Source: an uncultured bacterium
GTDB lineage: Bacteria > Chloroflexota > UBA5177 > JANWHV01
Direction: 5' to 3'
Assembly (NCBI GenBank): GCA_963729625.1
Contig: CAVSOU010000008.1
Span: 96,001-160,000 of the forward strand
DNA length: 64,000 nucleotides
In this document: piece after piece, positions 28,316 to 39,041 of the stretch
Numbering within the stretch: the stretch's first letter is position 1
Layout: each line of letters begins with the position of its first letter
Notes under the pieces: generated by a model
Told to the model about the DNA's origin: nothing
What the model saw: only the letters and a program-made list of their open reading frames with translations
Databases searched by the model: none
Program-made: the position numbers and the translations under genes

Positions 28316-28679
28316 GGCCACACGTCCTTCCCGCTCTTGAGATTGGCCGGCACGTTGCGCTCCAGCTGGCCGCAGCCTCTCCACCTCTCAGCGGTAGGGC
28401 GGGTGTGCCGGAGCTCTGTTCGCTTTTCGTGACCCGTCCACGCACAGGGACCCCTGCCGGCCAGGTGCACGACAGCCTTGCGGTCCGTGTGGCCAGCCGG
28501 CCATCGCATCGCTATAGCTGTGCATTGTGGCAGCACGGTGCGATGGCGTCAACCCGACGATCCTGTCAGTTCGGTGTCTAGCATTATCACGATCGATGGT
28601 CGCTCTCGCTGAGCGACTGTGCTTCCGAGCGAGGTGCCCGTGAGTGTCGATGCTAGCCGGAACGCAGCCGGCCCAGCAC

Positions 28680-28777
28680 CGCGTGATCCTCGGGGCGTCG
28701 CGTTCTCGCAGAACTTCGTCCCACAGGCCGGCGAGGCGGTCCCGGACCTCCGTATAGCTAACCGTCCTGCCGGCCAC
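28680..28777 (-). pseudogene. Phd/YefM antitoxin N-terminal remnant
   Basis: GTG after AGAAAGGTG; RTVSYTEVRDRLAGLWDEVLRERDAPRITR resembles the YefM DNA-binding N-terminus, then degenerates; no toxin follows. Confidence 0.55.
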
Positions 28778-28991
28778 GTCTATCACCTTTCTGTTTAGGG
28801 ATCCTGTACAAAGGCTAGCGGCGTCCACACGCGGTGTCCCGGCGACCGATGGAGTAGCGTGTGCGTCCGAATTCCGGAGAGTCGGTGTTTACGGCGCGCG
28901 ACTCCACACGCTCTGCGATGCCCCGGGATACCTCCGGTGGGAGCCTCATGATGGGCGCCGTGTGGGTGCGCGCACGCCTCGAGCATCTGTG

Positions 28992-29008
28992 TTATACTGC
29001 AGTATAAT
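28992..29008 (+). promoter_or_regulatory. TA operator palindrome overlapping a TATAAT -10 box
   Basis: TTATACTGCAGTATAA is a perfect 16-bp palindrome (28992-29007); TATAAT at 29003-29008; GGAGG SD follows. Confidence 0.75.
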
Positions 29009-29020
29009 ATGGAGGTAGCC

Positions 29021-29278
29021 ATGTACAGGACACGATTGCGCACGGTCGGTGGCTCGGTGATGTTCGCTATCCCCAAGGCGGTACTGGAGAGTCTGGACCT
29101 AGAGCCAAATGCCTCGGTCGGACTCTCGATCGCCCACGGGAAGCTGATCGTGGATCCGCGCCCGGTGCCGCGCTATTCCCTGGCCGAACTCCTGGCGGAG
29201 TGCGATGTCTCGGCCTCTCCTAGCGCGGAGGACGCCGACTGGCTTGGCGACCAATCCGTGGGCCGCGAAGCGATCTAG
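29021..29278 (+). CDS. PemI/MazE-type (AbrB-fold) antitoxin
   Basis: TRLRTVGGSVMFAIPK...GKLIVDP..PRYSLAELLAECD...WL....GREAI follows the PemI/ChpS pattern. Confidence 0.9.
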   Translation: MYRTRLRTVGGSVMFAIPKAVLESLDLEPNASVGLSIAHGKLIVDPRPVPRYSLAELLAECDVSASPSAEDADWLGDQSVGREAI

Positions 29279-29607
29279 TGGATCGCGGCGACATCTACCA
29301 TGTCGATCTCAACCCGATTCGCGGGCATGAACAGGCCGGTGCCCGGTATGTGCTGGTCGTGACCACGAGGGCCTTTAACGATCTCGGTGCGCCCGTGGTG
29401 TGTCCGATCACGCAGGGCGGCGCGTTCGCCCGTCATCGTGGCTTCGCCGTCAAGTTGGCGGGCAGCGACATGCACGTGATCGGTTTTGTCCTCTGCAATC
29501 AGCTCCGTACGCTGGATTTGCAGGCCAGGTCCGCACGGTTCGTGGAAAAGGCGCCGCCCGAGGTTGTCGACGAGGTGCTCGCCCGCATCGCACCGCTGTT
29601 TGACTGA
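29278..29607 (+). CDS. PemK/MazF/ChpB-type endoribonuclease toxin
   Basis: RGDIYHVDLNP..GHEQAG.R.VLVV, VCPITQGG.FAR..GFAV, QLRTLDL.AR; translationally coupled to the antitoxin. Confidence 0.93.
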   Translation: MDRGDIYHVDLNPIRGHEQAGARYVLVVTTRAFNDLGAPVVCPITQGGAFARHRGFAVKLAGSDMHVIGFVLCNQLRTLDLQARSARFVEKAPPEVVDEVLARIAPLFD

Positions 29608-29871
29608 GCCATGTGGCGCGGTCACAATCGCGCGTGCGCCACGGGCATACTTCACCCAGTGCGACCAGTAGTACCCGCGCAGCCATTGACCTTGACTGTC
29701 GTCATAGCCGCCCAAGGCGTGCCGTGCCTCTCGGTGCCCGATCGCCTGTTGCGACCGCTCATGCCGCTCTTCCGGCTGCAACCGACACGCCCAAAGTCAA
29801 TTCCGCGGTCTCTCCATTGGCGGGACTCACGTCCCGTCATTCGCTGGCCATGCTGATGCGCGATCAGAGAC

Positions 29872-32800
29872 TCAGATCGGCAGAAGCACGTTGAGTGTCT
29901 CCGCGTAGACCAGCCGCCTGCCCGTCGCCGGCAGTACGGCTATCGCCGCCTCGGATGCCACCGCACCAGGATATAGCTCGTATTCGCGCAGCACGAGGCG
30001 CAGGGGGGGCGGTGGTGTCGGCAGCGTGGGCAGCGAGTACTGGCCGGTCCAGACGGTCTCGTCCTTCACCGTCGTGCCGTGCAGCACCGTGACGCTATTT
30101 TGCACCGGAATCCAGCCCACATCCGGATCGGATGCCTCGGGGTTGCCGATCTGCTGCTCCATGCTGACCTCGATGATGTTGGTCGTCCGCAGAGGCGCTT
30201 GCCCTGCCACCGTGATGGTCATCCGCTGCGGTACTTTGCCATTGAAGATCACCGTCGCCACGCGATCGGGCGCGATCTGGGAAAAGTCGGCCAGCACCAG
30301 TCGCGAGAGATGCGCGTTCTGGATCGAGTTCGGCTGATAGCGAGCCAGCACCAGCCTGATGAACGGATTGTAGGCGAGCCCGCCGCTGATCAGGACGTCG
30401 GCATACCACAGCCTGCGATCCGGATCGTACGGTGACCTCGTGTCCGGCCACCGATACGGTGACGCCGGTCTGTTCGTCGATCGTAAGCAGGTTGCCGGTC
30501 CGCGTGGCGTTGGTGAAGCCGGACAAGGGGGGTGAGACGGGCGTTGGCGCGTTGAACGAGCGCCAGAGCGGATCGAGGCCCCATTGCGTGATATGCGACG
30601 GATCGGGCTGCGCGAAGGCCACGGCTGCGGGCGGATGCACGGCCGGCAGCACCACCCCCAGCAGCTCGCCCTCGCCGGACGAGTACCATGGGCGCTCCAG
30701 GTACACGCGCAGGCCACCGCCGCGCCGCACCGCGCCGATACCCGTCTTCAGCGCGCCGCTGGTGCGCGAGAAGATGGGCAGCACATAGAGCAGGTTTGGC
30801 GAATTGGGCCGGGCGGAGCTGGGCACGTCGATCACACCCCGCGGGAGCGGGTGCGTCACATTGACGACGCTCGCGGCGGCAGCATGCCCCGGCGTCGGCT
30901 TTGCCACGGCGCCCGTGTCGCTCGATCGCGTGATCAGATCCGGCTGGGCCGTGAGCTCGTCCTTGGTGAAGGGGAAGTACTCGCGATAGCGGCTCGTACC
31001 GATGGCGGTGTAGGACACGCGATGGTACTTCGTGTTGCTGAATTCGTGCGTGAACAACTTCCTGCGATCGCTCACGATTGCCGGATTGGCCGGCGCGAAA
31101 GGCACTGTCTTGTCGCCGTAGTTGATCGGTATCTCCGAGATGTGTCCCTGATGGCTCTGCACGGCCGGCGCCGGTTGCGTCACGTCGTCCACGGGCTCAT
31201 ACCAGCTGGCTGTCAAATCCATCTTGATCGTGCTGTTGCCGCTGATCGGCATGGGCATGTCGACCAGCACGGCCGAGGTGTCGCCTGTTTGGCGTGCCGC
31301 GAAGAACCGATTCGAAAAGCCCGGCTTGATCAGCGGGTGCTGCACCGCGTGCACCAAGGTGATCTGGTGGAAAGGCGTGAGCAGCCAGACGAGCCCTTCC
31401 TGGGCCGCTTTCAGCAAGGCGCCCCCCAGCCCGGCTTGCACAATCCAGTCCCATATCGCGAACAGAAGCAGTCGCGAGGGATCAGGCCGAGAGCTGTATT
31501 GCACCATCACGATCTCGCCCTTGGGCAGCTCGACCGTCAGCAACGGATGCGGGCTGGTCTCCCATTTCGGCGGGTGCGGCACTGCCCTGGCGTCGATTCC
31601 GTTCAGCAGCAATCTGAACGTGCCGTAATTGGGCCAGTTATGGGGCCAGGCACCCTGAACCCAGGTAGGGTCGGTGAAGGCCTTCCCCGGCGTCACGCCG
31701 GGCAGACCGAGGAACGTCGCCCCCACACCGATCGGGTCCGGCATGTACGGGAGCGGGAAGTAGTCTGTATTCAATGGACTCGGCGTGTAGGTCCCGCCGC
31801 TGTACACCTCCGGCGGTGGTGTGGACAGCTGGTTCGCGGGCGTGGAAGACACGACCGGCGTCGTCGGAGTAGGGTTCGGCTTGGTCTCTTGCGGAAGACT
31901 GACATCTGTGTCCGTGATCAGCTTGTACGCCGCCGAAGGCGACATGCCTTCAAACATGCCGTACGTCTCGGCCATCATCTCGCTGGTCTTGGGCGGCAAG
32001 AAATGCCGCTCGGCATTCTTGTTGTAGGTCGGCGACGACTGATCCGCGTAGTATTGATCGACACTGCGATCGAAATCGCTGCGAATCACCAGCCGGGCCA
32101 TTGACTCGCCGGGCGATCCGCTGATGGAATGGCGCAGGGCAATAGCCGGGGCGATTAACGGCTCCCAGCGAGCATAAAAGATAGGGCTCGTCCATGCCAT
32201 GGGATTCTGGGCGCCCGGCGCATCGACGGCAATGCGGTGCCCCGCGACGTCCACCATGCGCGCCCGAAGCTTGTAGAAATGGCCAAACCGGAGCTTGGGG
32301 AGGCTCTTGTTGGGAGCCGCGAAGCTGATGTTCAGTCCGTACTTCGTGAGACCCGAGTCCGTCAGCTCGGTCGGGTCCTCGGGCGTTTCGGCATTGCCGT
32401 CGACGCCGATGGGCTTGACCGGGCGGGGCGCGGCAAGACTCCAGCCCGACCAGCGGAACACCTGTTCGTGCAGGTACAGATCGCTGTTCGACACACCAGG
32501 CGTCTCCGAGCCCGCCATGGTCACGAAGCCTTCGCCGTCTGTTTTCACGTGGGTATTGACCCCTCCCACGTGCAGAACGCCGCGACTGTCCGTCGTCACC
32601 GGACTCTTGCCCGCGGGAGCGAACTTGAACTTGAAGGTGCCCTGCCTGCGGCTAATTGAGAGCCACTTGCCAGTCAGTTTGTCCCAGATGTCGACGGCAT
32701 ACCCGCGCACCAGGTCGTCCGCGTACATCTCGACCGGCGCATTGCTCTCCGCGCTCGCGTTCTGAGCGGTGGCGCGCTGAAAACGCAGTGCCAGGTCATA

Positions 32801-33937
32801 GGCCCGCCCTGTATGCACGAGCGAAATGCCCGCCGATCGTATCGAGGGCATGCTCGCGGTCATCGGCTGGCCGGCAATCGGCTGGGCCACATGCTGCGCG
32901 ACGGTTGCCGCCGTGCCAAGCAGCTTCACGGACGTGCCGGTGACGTCCATCTGCGTGACGTCGAAAGTTCCCTTCGCGTCAAGCCTGAGCAGGAGGTCGC
33001 CGGTGAGGTAGGAGCCCGGCTGCGGCTTCGCCCTGAACCCGCCGGTGGTGTCAAGCAGGTAATGCGTGAGGGGCAGCACGTTCGGCGGACCAAAGAGCTT
33101 GGAGGGTCTGATGGAAACGGTCGTCGCAGCCGCACCCACCGGGATGCCGGCGTCGAACGGGATCTTCAGCTCGACAACCAGTCCCATCGTTTCCAGTAGC
33201 TCCGGATAATGGCCTATGGCGGCGATCATCTTGTGGAAATCGAAGGAGTCAACCAGGTCGGAGAGCTTCGGCTTGGCAATCGGAGTGACCAAAGTCCCTT
33301 TTGCGGTCAGCAGCTTCCTGTGCAAGAATGCGTCGGCTTGATAGTAGTCTCCTGGGACGCCACCCGGCTGCTCATTCGGCCGAAAGGCCTTGATCTTGCG
33401 ATCGTGGAGCAGATTCGTGAGCTGCTGCGCGAGCGGGTTTACGGGCACATTGGCGACCCCGTACGCGCTTCGCTGTGCGACGGCGAGCGGCGCCAACACC
33501 TCGTGCATATCCCGGAGGTTTGGCAGCTGGCTCGGGTTCTTCGCGACGGCCTGAATGACCGACTTGTACCGCTGCTGAATATCATTCTTCAGCCTGGAGA
33601 CCGGGTACGACCGTACGGCCTGATTGGAACGGTCCTCGAAGGCGAAGGGGATGATGGGCGTCATCTCCGTGAACAGGGCATGCCAGAGATCCATGTCCGG
33701 CTTCGCGCTTACCACCTCTGCGGGTAGCGTGGGACCACCCGCGAACGCCACCTTGAACTGAATGCCGGCTACCGTCTCCGGCCACTTGAGCCAGTCGGTA
33801 AAGTCCCCCAGTGTCGGCGAGCCGTCCATCTTGAGACGGGGCGAGACGAAGACACTGACGAACAGCGCGCCGCCCGCCGCCAACGGCCCTTGTGGTCCGT
33901 GTGGAATCGCAGTCCAGGTCACAACCTGCTGTTTCAC
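29872..33937 (-). CDS. Large uncharacterised protein (~1350 aa), frameshift near 30431; second gene of the giant pair
   Basis: GTG at 33937 after AGGAGG. ORF 30095..33958 continues, after one extra base at AGHEVT/YDPDRRLWYAD, into the frame of ORF 29872..30717 (PFIRLVLARYQPNS...RLVYAE). No signal peptide seen. Confidence 0.82.
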
Positions 33938-33950
33938 GCGCGGCCTCCTT

Positions 33951-36900
33951 TCAGGCAAACGCCAAGAGGTAGTCTTCCCAGTTGGTCTCGGTCACCTGGT
34001 CCGCAAACGTTGGGTCGTTGTGCGATCCGGAGAACTGGCGCTGGACCGAGGCCGACACCGTAATGCTGAAGAAGACGATGTGGACCGAGATGGTAAGTGT
34101 TGCCTCACCCACCACTTTGGTGTCGGGACCATCCTTCTCATAGGTCAGATCCAGCTCGACGTCGATCGATGCGGAGATGATCCCGCCCAGCACCTCCACG
34201 TCGCCGTGAATATGCACGAAGCCGGTCAGGATCGTCTGGTCCTTCGGGCTCTTCTCCATCTTGAAGTAGATGCCCGCCATGATCGAGACGCTGCCGCTGG
34301 CGATGCCGAAGTCGAGCGAAAGCTCGGCCCCAAACTCGAACGAAGCCTCCAGCATGTCCAGACCGTCGAGACCCAGGCTGATACCGAAGAATCCACCGCC
34401 GCCGAGCATGGAGACCGTCAGGATGAAGGGATGTTCGCGCGTGCAGAAGTTGAAGTACACCTGCGCCGGGCTGCTGCCGATAAATGGGATGGTGACTTTG
34501 GCGCCCAGCGAGATGTTGTCCAGACTGAAGATGCCGACCCCCAGGCTGGGCAAGTCGAAGGTGAACCCTGCCTCAACGCCATCGGCCGTGATATCCACGA
34601 ACGGAGGGTCGGTGAAGCTATCCGCCGGAATGGCATCCTTGAGGTCGTTTACGAAGGAGAGCGGCCCCTCGAACTGCAGCACCACCCCTGGGTCGGGAAC
34701 CGTCACATCCGGCTTCTGACCACTCGACGCGCTGAACGTCAACCCGGCAAAGCCAACATAGATAATGTCGGCCAGGTCGATGCCGATCTTGCCCAGCGTG
34801 CCGACGATGCTGAAGGACGGGTCGCTGCTGCCGTCGAGCGGAATGTGTATGGTAGCCGTGACGGACAGGAATTTGTCCAATGCCTTGAAGGGAGCGAAAT
34901 CCTGCAGGTGCGGCGACCAGGTGAGCGTCGTGTCGATAGCCGTGGGCATCTGCCCATGCTTGAGCAACGGCAAGGGATTGATGCCCTGCAGGCTGCCCAG
35001 ATCGTCGACCAACTTCTTGAGATCGGTTGGGAACGAGGTGAATGGCGCCTGCAGTGCCGTGACGTCGCCCGAGAGAGCGCCCACATTCGCCGAGCCGAGG
35101 TCGGCCAGCAGCTTGTCCAGATCGGCGAGAATCGACGTCAGGTCCGTCACGAGCGTGCCCAGATCACCGATGATGGCGCCAACGCCGTCGCCGAGGAGAT
35201 CCGTGACGAAGCTCGGCAACGAGGTCAATGCGCTGTGCAGTGCATTCAACGGTGACTGCAGCGCGGCGAGCGCGGCCCGCAACGGCGCCAGATCGGATTG
35301 CAGGGTTCCCAGCGCCTGGGCCTGCAGCGCGGCCAGGTTGCCCTGCAGCTTGCTCACGGCATCCGAGATAAGCTGATTCAGCGTGTCGGGCGCGCTCTCC
35401 ACCGCCTGGACGAGAGATAGGATCTGGAAAAGCGGTTTCAGCGACGGCATCCTGATGATCGACGAAAGCGGCACGGCCCCCAGGATCTTCGCATCATTGT
35501 CGAAGAAATTCTTCAGGAAATCCCCGACACCGGCATCCGGAGTAGAGCTACCAGACGTATCGCCCACGTCACCGGCGGCCACGTGGTCGAAATTGCCGCC
35601 GACCGGCCCGGTCACGCGCGACAAGGCGGTGATCGCCAGGTTGGGCGTCACGGTGCCCGGCGTGCCGGTGCCGCCGGAATTGCTGCCGCCAAAGGCGATC
35701 TTCGCCGTGCTGGAATCCAGGATTTCCGCAAATACCTCGCCCACGTTCGCGGTGCCGCCAAGGTCGTTCTGCAAATAGTGGTCGCTCAGCTTGATCTTCG
35801 GCTTCTGGCCGCTGTGCAGCAGCGCCTCTACCGCCGGTATGCCAACCGTGGACGTGGCCACGATCGGGTAGAACCGCGGCTGGTCGGCGTTGATCAGCGC
35901 CGATTGCGATGGAGACGGCGGTACAAACGCGTCAAACGTGATATCGCTGGCGTGCAGCGTGGTGTCGCCGGGCTTTCTGCTCGGCGCAAACGCTACCTTC
36001 TGACCGTTGGTCGGCCGGGTGCGCCGGTCTGGATATCCGCTGGCGGTGGAGTTGTATTTCGTGCGCACCTGGTTCATATAGGTGGCGTCGAAAGCCAGGA
36101 AGTTCTCTACGCTGATGAACGCCAGGGGCGCGGTGAACTCGGCCCGCTGGCCGTCGCTGTCCTGGCCAATCAGGTGGAACTGGAAGTCCTTCCCGCCGAT
36201 TTGCGGCCAGAAGTCGTCCGTGTCGCGATACCCCTGGCTGGCGTCGAGCGTCAGGATGCCCTTTCCGTCCGGCGGGTCGAGGTCGGGGGTGGTCTTGGTC
36301 GTGATTTCCACCTGCTTGAAGGGCATGGCCCGGTCGATGCTGCCTTGATTCCCGTTCGAGAGCGGCATCGTGTACCCGGTGTTGCCGAACAGTTTGATCG
36401 GCTCGCGCACCACGATGAACATGCGCTGGAACAGGTAGGCCACGTTGCGACCGTTCTGGTAGTAGAACTTCCGCTCTGTCACCTTCACGAGAGATGCGGC
36501 ATGACCGAAGGGGAACAGGTATCCCTTATAGACCACACGCACGTAGTTATCGCGCCCTTGCGTCCCTCTGTGCCGCCACTCCACCAGTGGAATGCCCAGG
36601 TTGACGCCAAGTGGCCAGGCGCCGTGGACGTCTATCCAGGCGCCCAGGGTGGTCAGCATCAGCCGGTCGACCTGTGCCGGCAAGGGGTTGTAGTGCGACG
36701 GCGGGATGAAGGTAGCCAGCTCGGTTTCGATCCCCTTGGGCAGAATGGCGATCTTCGTGGGAAGCGGCAAGGGAATCAGGACTTTCTTTGGCGGCGGCAC
36801 TGCCTTGCTGAAGTCCGAAGTCAGGACCACTAGCTGCATGCGGTCCCGCCCGGACAACGACATGCGGAACGGCACATTATCCTGCAGCGCATTCGCATAG

Positions 36901-39041
36901 TTCAACTTCGGCAAATAGTCCGCCGACCACGAGGCTCGGATGGTCCGCCAGGGCTGCAGCAAATCGAACGGCTTCCCGCCAACGTAGGCGTCGATCGTCA
37001 CCCCGTACTTCCGGCCCGCGGCCGTGCCGATTGGTTCGTAGGCGTAGTGCGTGTCCACCAGGAAGGTCCGAACCGGCCGCTTTGCCGTCCCCGGCAAGGT
37101 AAACTTCACTCCCAGCCGCGTATGCCACAGCTCAGTCCAGCCATTATGGGTCACCGGCGTGAAGGCATGCACCCAGGCTGAGAAGGCGTTCGGCGAAATC
37201 TTGAGCCGCCAGGGCAGCTCCAACGAGGTCTCCGTCGGCAACGGCGCCGCGATTTTCGCCGTCGTGTAGCCCCCAGCCGGCAGCGCCGTCGGCGGCACAC
37301 TCGGCGTCAGCGTCGCCCAATCGAGCAGGGTCTGCAGTGTAAGCGGCATGCTTTTGAAGCCGGCTGGCATGGAAAACACCAGGCGGCTTTCATCCGCCAG
37401 CCGCGCGCCAACCGGCGTCACCGGTAGCCCAGCGGGAAACTCTGGGTTCGTGGTGCTCGTCTTGGTGGCATCGGAATCGACGACGTGGTCGGATCCGGGA
37501 TAGGCCGTCTTTGGCACCGCGATACCTGCCTGCTCCACCTGAAAGAAGGCTTGCTCGGCGATATTCTGGCCCTGGAAATGCACGGCGAGGTAGGGCTTCA
37601 GTTTGGCGCTGCGCGGCATTGCCTGCGGCGGCTTATTTGTGTGGGTCGTGTCGATCCTCATGTTTATGAATTCGAAGGTCAACGCCAGCAAGTCGTCCGG
37701 CCGCACTACCGAGATCTGCGGGTTGATCAGTGTGAATCGTTGGAACGAGCTCGACGGATGGTCGGACAGCACGATCTGTGCCGCGTGCTGCGAGCTAGGC
37801 CGCTCCAGGCCCGTCGCCACAAAAGCGAGATGCGTCGTTTCGCGCGGTGCCACTGGCGCCGCCACGGCGCCGGCGATCGGTATCGACACCTTCAGTACTG
37901 CCGGCGCGCAACGCACCGCCGTCACCATGGAGCCGCGCGCATGTATTTCAAAAGGCAGCGTCCCCGGCAGGCTTCCCACTTCTATCGCGCAGCTGCCAGC
38001 CTGGAGCCATGTCGGCTGATCGCCGAAGCGTGCGACCAACGATTGCTGGTTTCCGCCGGCATCGAAGGCGATCGCATAGCGCGCCCCGCTCAGAGGCAGC
38101 GCGACGCTGGTTCCGGTGGTGTTTCTGAAACCGGTGTGGGGCACGAACGTGATGGAGTCGCCCGCGTCTGCGACGAGCGCGGCAGTGCAATGGCGACTGC
38201 TGTCTTCGCCAAGCTCGAGCACGATCGAATCAAAAGCCTGTGAGGGAATCCTGAGCTGCCACCTTCCTGCCGGCTGCATGGCAGGTTCCAGCGCCCAAGC
38301 GCGATTACCGCGCTCAAGCCCGATAACTGTGCGCTTGAGCGCTCCACGCAGCACCACGGTCTCCCCAACGGCCGGCATCGCGATGCGCACCATGTCGGAG
38401 ACCAGCGGCGAGCCCAGCCCGTGCAACATCGCAATGCCGTTCGCTCGCGCGGTCGTCACCCACTCTGGTGTATATGCGGCCTGCGCGGATCCTGCGACCG
38501 TGAGCGCCGTATCTGGATCGAGCCGGAGAGGCGGGCCGGACAAGCTCACTCGAGAGCGGAGGCTATCCAGCCCGGCAAGCCAGGGCACGAAGAGACCGCC
38601 GGCGGAAAAGCCGCCAAGCGCCATCTTCAACTGAATACGCCAACCGCCGGCGCCGTGGCGAATCTCCGCGCGCAGATCGGCGGGCATGTCCGTGCCCGGA
38701 TAGATCGCGCGGCTCAGCTCGACCAGAATGCGATCCGAGCTTTGTTCCACACGGAGCGCCGGTGACCCGGCGAAACGACGCGTATCGATCACCCAGCGCT
38801 CTGCTCCGCGGTAGAGGAAGGCCACCCGGCCTTTCCCGCTTCGCACCATGTCGAAGGTACCGAGTACGCTGCCCTCAACCGCGCGCAGGGCCGGCGAAAT
38901 ACCTGCCGCGGCGACGCCGGCCAGGCCAAGCGCCTTGCGCCGAGTGACATTGAAGTCGCCACCTGTGGGCTCGGATGGATCGCCGGTTGGTTGGGTTCGA
39001 GACGCGCGCAGGGCGGCCAAATCAAGGTTTGCACGGTGCAT
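33951..39041 (-). CDS. Large uncharacterised protein (~1696 aa) with a Tat-like signal; first gene of the giant pair
   Basis: ATG at 39041 after GGAGG; TRRKALGLAGVAAAG twin-arginine-like segment; uninterrupted 5.1-kb frame; beta-rich C-terminus and a helical insert. Confidence 0.88.
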   Translation of the reverse strand: MHRANLDLAALRASRTQPTGDPSEPTGGDFNVTRRKALGLAGVAAAGISPALRAVEGSVLGTFDMVRSGKGRVAFLYRGAERWVIDTRRFAGSPALRVEQSSDRILVELSRAIYPGTDMPADLRAEIRHGAGGWRIQLKMALGGFSAGGLFVPWLAGLDSLRSRVSLSGPPLRLDPDTALTVAGSAQAAYTPEWVTTARANGIAMLHGLGSPLVSDMVRIAMPAVGETVVLRGALKRTVIGLERGNRAWALEPAMQPAGRWQLRIPSQAFDSIVLELGEDSSRHCTAALVADAGDSITFVPHTGFRNTTGTSVALPLSGARYAIAFDAGGNQQSLVARFGDQPTWLQAGSCAIEVGSLPGTLPFEIHARGSMVTAVRCAPAVLKVSIPIAGAVAAPVAPRETTHLAFVATGLERPSSQHAAQIVLSDHPSSSFQRFTLINPQISVVRPDDLLALTFEFINMRIDTTHTNKPPQAMPRSAKLKPYLAVHFQGQNIAEQAFFQVEQAGIAVPKTAYPGSDHVVDSDATKTSTTNPEFPAGLPVTPVGARLADESRLVFSMPAGFKSMPLTLQTLLDWATLTPSVPPTALPAGGYTTAKIAAPLPTETSLELPWRLKISPNAFSAWVHAFTPVTHNGWTELWHTRLGVKFTLPGTAKRPVRTFLVDTHYAYEPIGTAAGRKYGVTIDAYVGGKPFDLLQPWRTIRASWSADYLPKLNYANALQDNVPFRMSLSGRDRMQLVVLTSDFSKAVPPPKKVLIPLPLPTKIAILPKGIETELATFIPPSHYNPLPAQVDRLMLTTLGAWIDVHGAWPLGVNLGIPLVEWRHRGTQGRDNYVRVVYKGYLFPFGHAASLVKVTERKFYYQNGRNVAYLFQRMFIVVREPIKLFGNTGYTMPLSNGNQGSIDRAMPFKQVEITTKTTPDLDPPDGKGILTLDASQGYRDTDDFWPQIGGKDFQFHLIGQDSDGQRAEFTAPLAFISVENFLAFDATYMNQVRTKYNSTASGYPDRRTRPTNGQKVAFAPSRKPGDTTLHASDITFDAFVPPSPSQSALINADQPRFYPIVATSTVGIPAVEALLHSGQKPKIKLSDHYLQNDLGGTANVGEVFAEILDSSTAKIAFGGSNSGGTGTPGTVTPNLAITALSRVTGPVGGNFDHVAAGDVGDTSGSSTPDAGVGDFLKNFFDNDAKILGAVPLSSIIRMPSLKPLFQILSLVQAVESAPDTLNQLISDAVSKLQGNLAALQAQALGTLQSDLAPLRAALAALQSPLNALHSALTSLPSFVTDLLGDGVGAIIGDLGTLVTDLTSILADLDKLLADLGSANVGALSGDVTALQAPFTSFPTDLKKLVDDLGSLQGINPLPLLKHGQMPTAIDTTLTWSPHLQDFAPFKALDKFLSVTATIHIPLDGSSDPSFSIVGTLGKIGIDLADIIYVGFAGLTFSASSGQKPDVTVPDPGVVLQFEGPLSFVNDLKDAIPADSFTDPPFVDITADGVEAGFTFDLPSLGVGIFSLDNISLGAKVTIPFIGSSPAQVYFNFCTREHPFILTVSMLGGGGFFGISLGLDGLDMLEASFEFGAELSLDFGIASGSVSIMAGIYFKMEKSPKDQTILTGFVHIHGDVEVLGGIISASIDVELDLTYEKDGPDTKVVGEATLTISVHIVFFSITVSASVQRQFSGSHNDPTFADQVTETNWEDYLLAFA

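Noticed and set aside
30584-36833. Several 400-500 aa plus-strand ORFs (30584..32104, 33762..35255, 35583..36833)
   Set aside because: Antisense shadows of the giant minus-strand genes, expected at high GC.
29872-39041. Assignment of the giant pair to eCIS, phage tail, Tc toxin or Rhs systems
   Set aside because: No sheath, tube, baseplate, YD-repeat, SpvB or peptidase motifs were recognised and no such genes are nearby; left unassigned.
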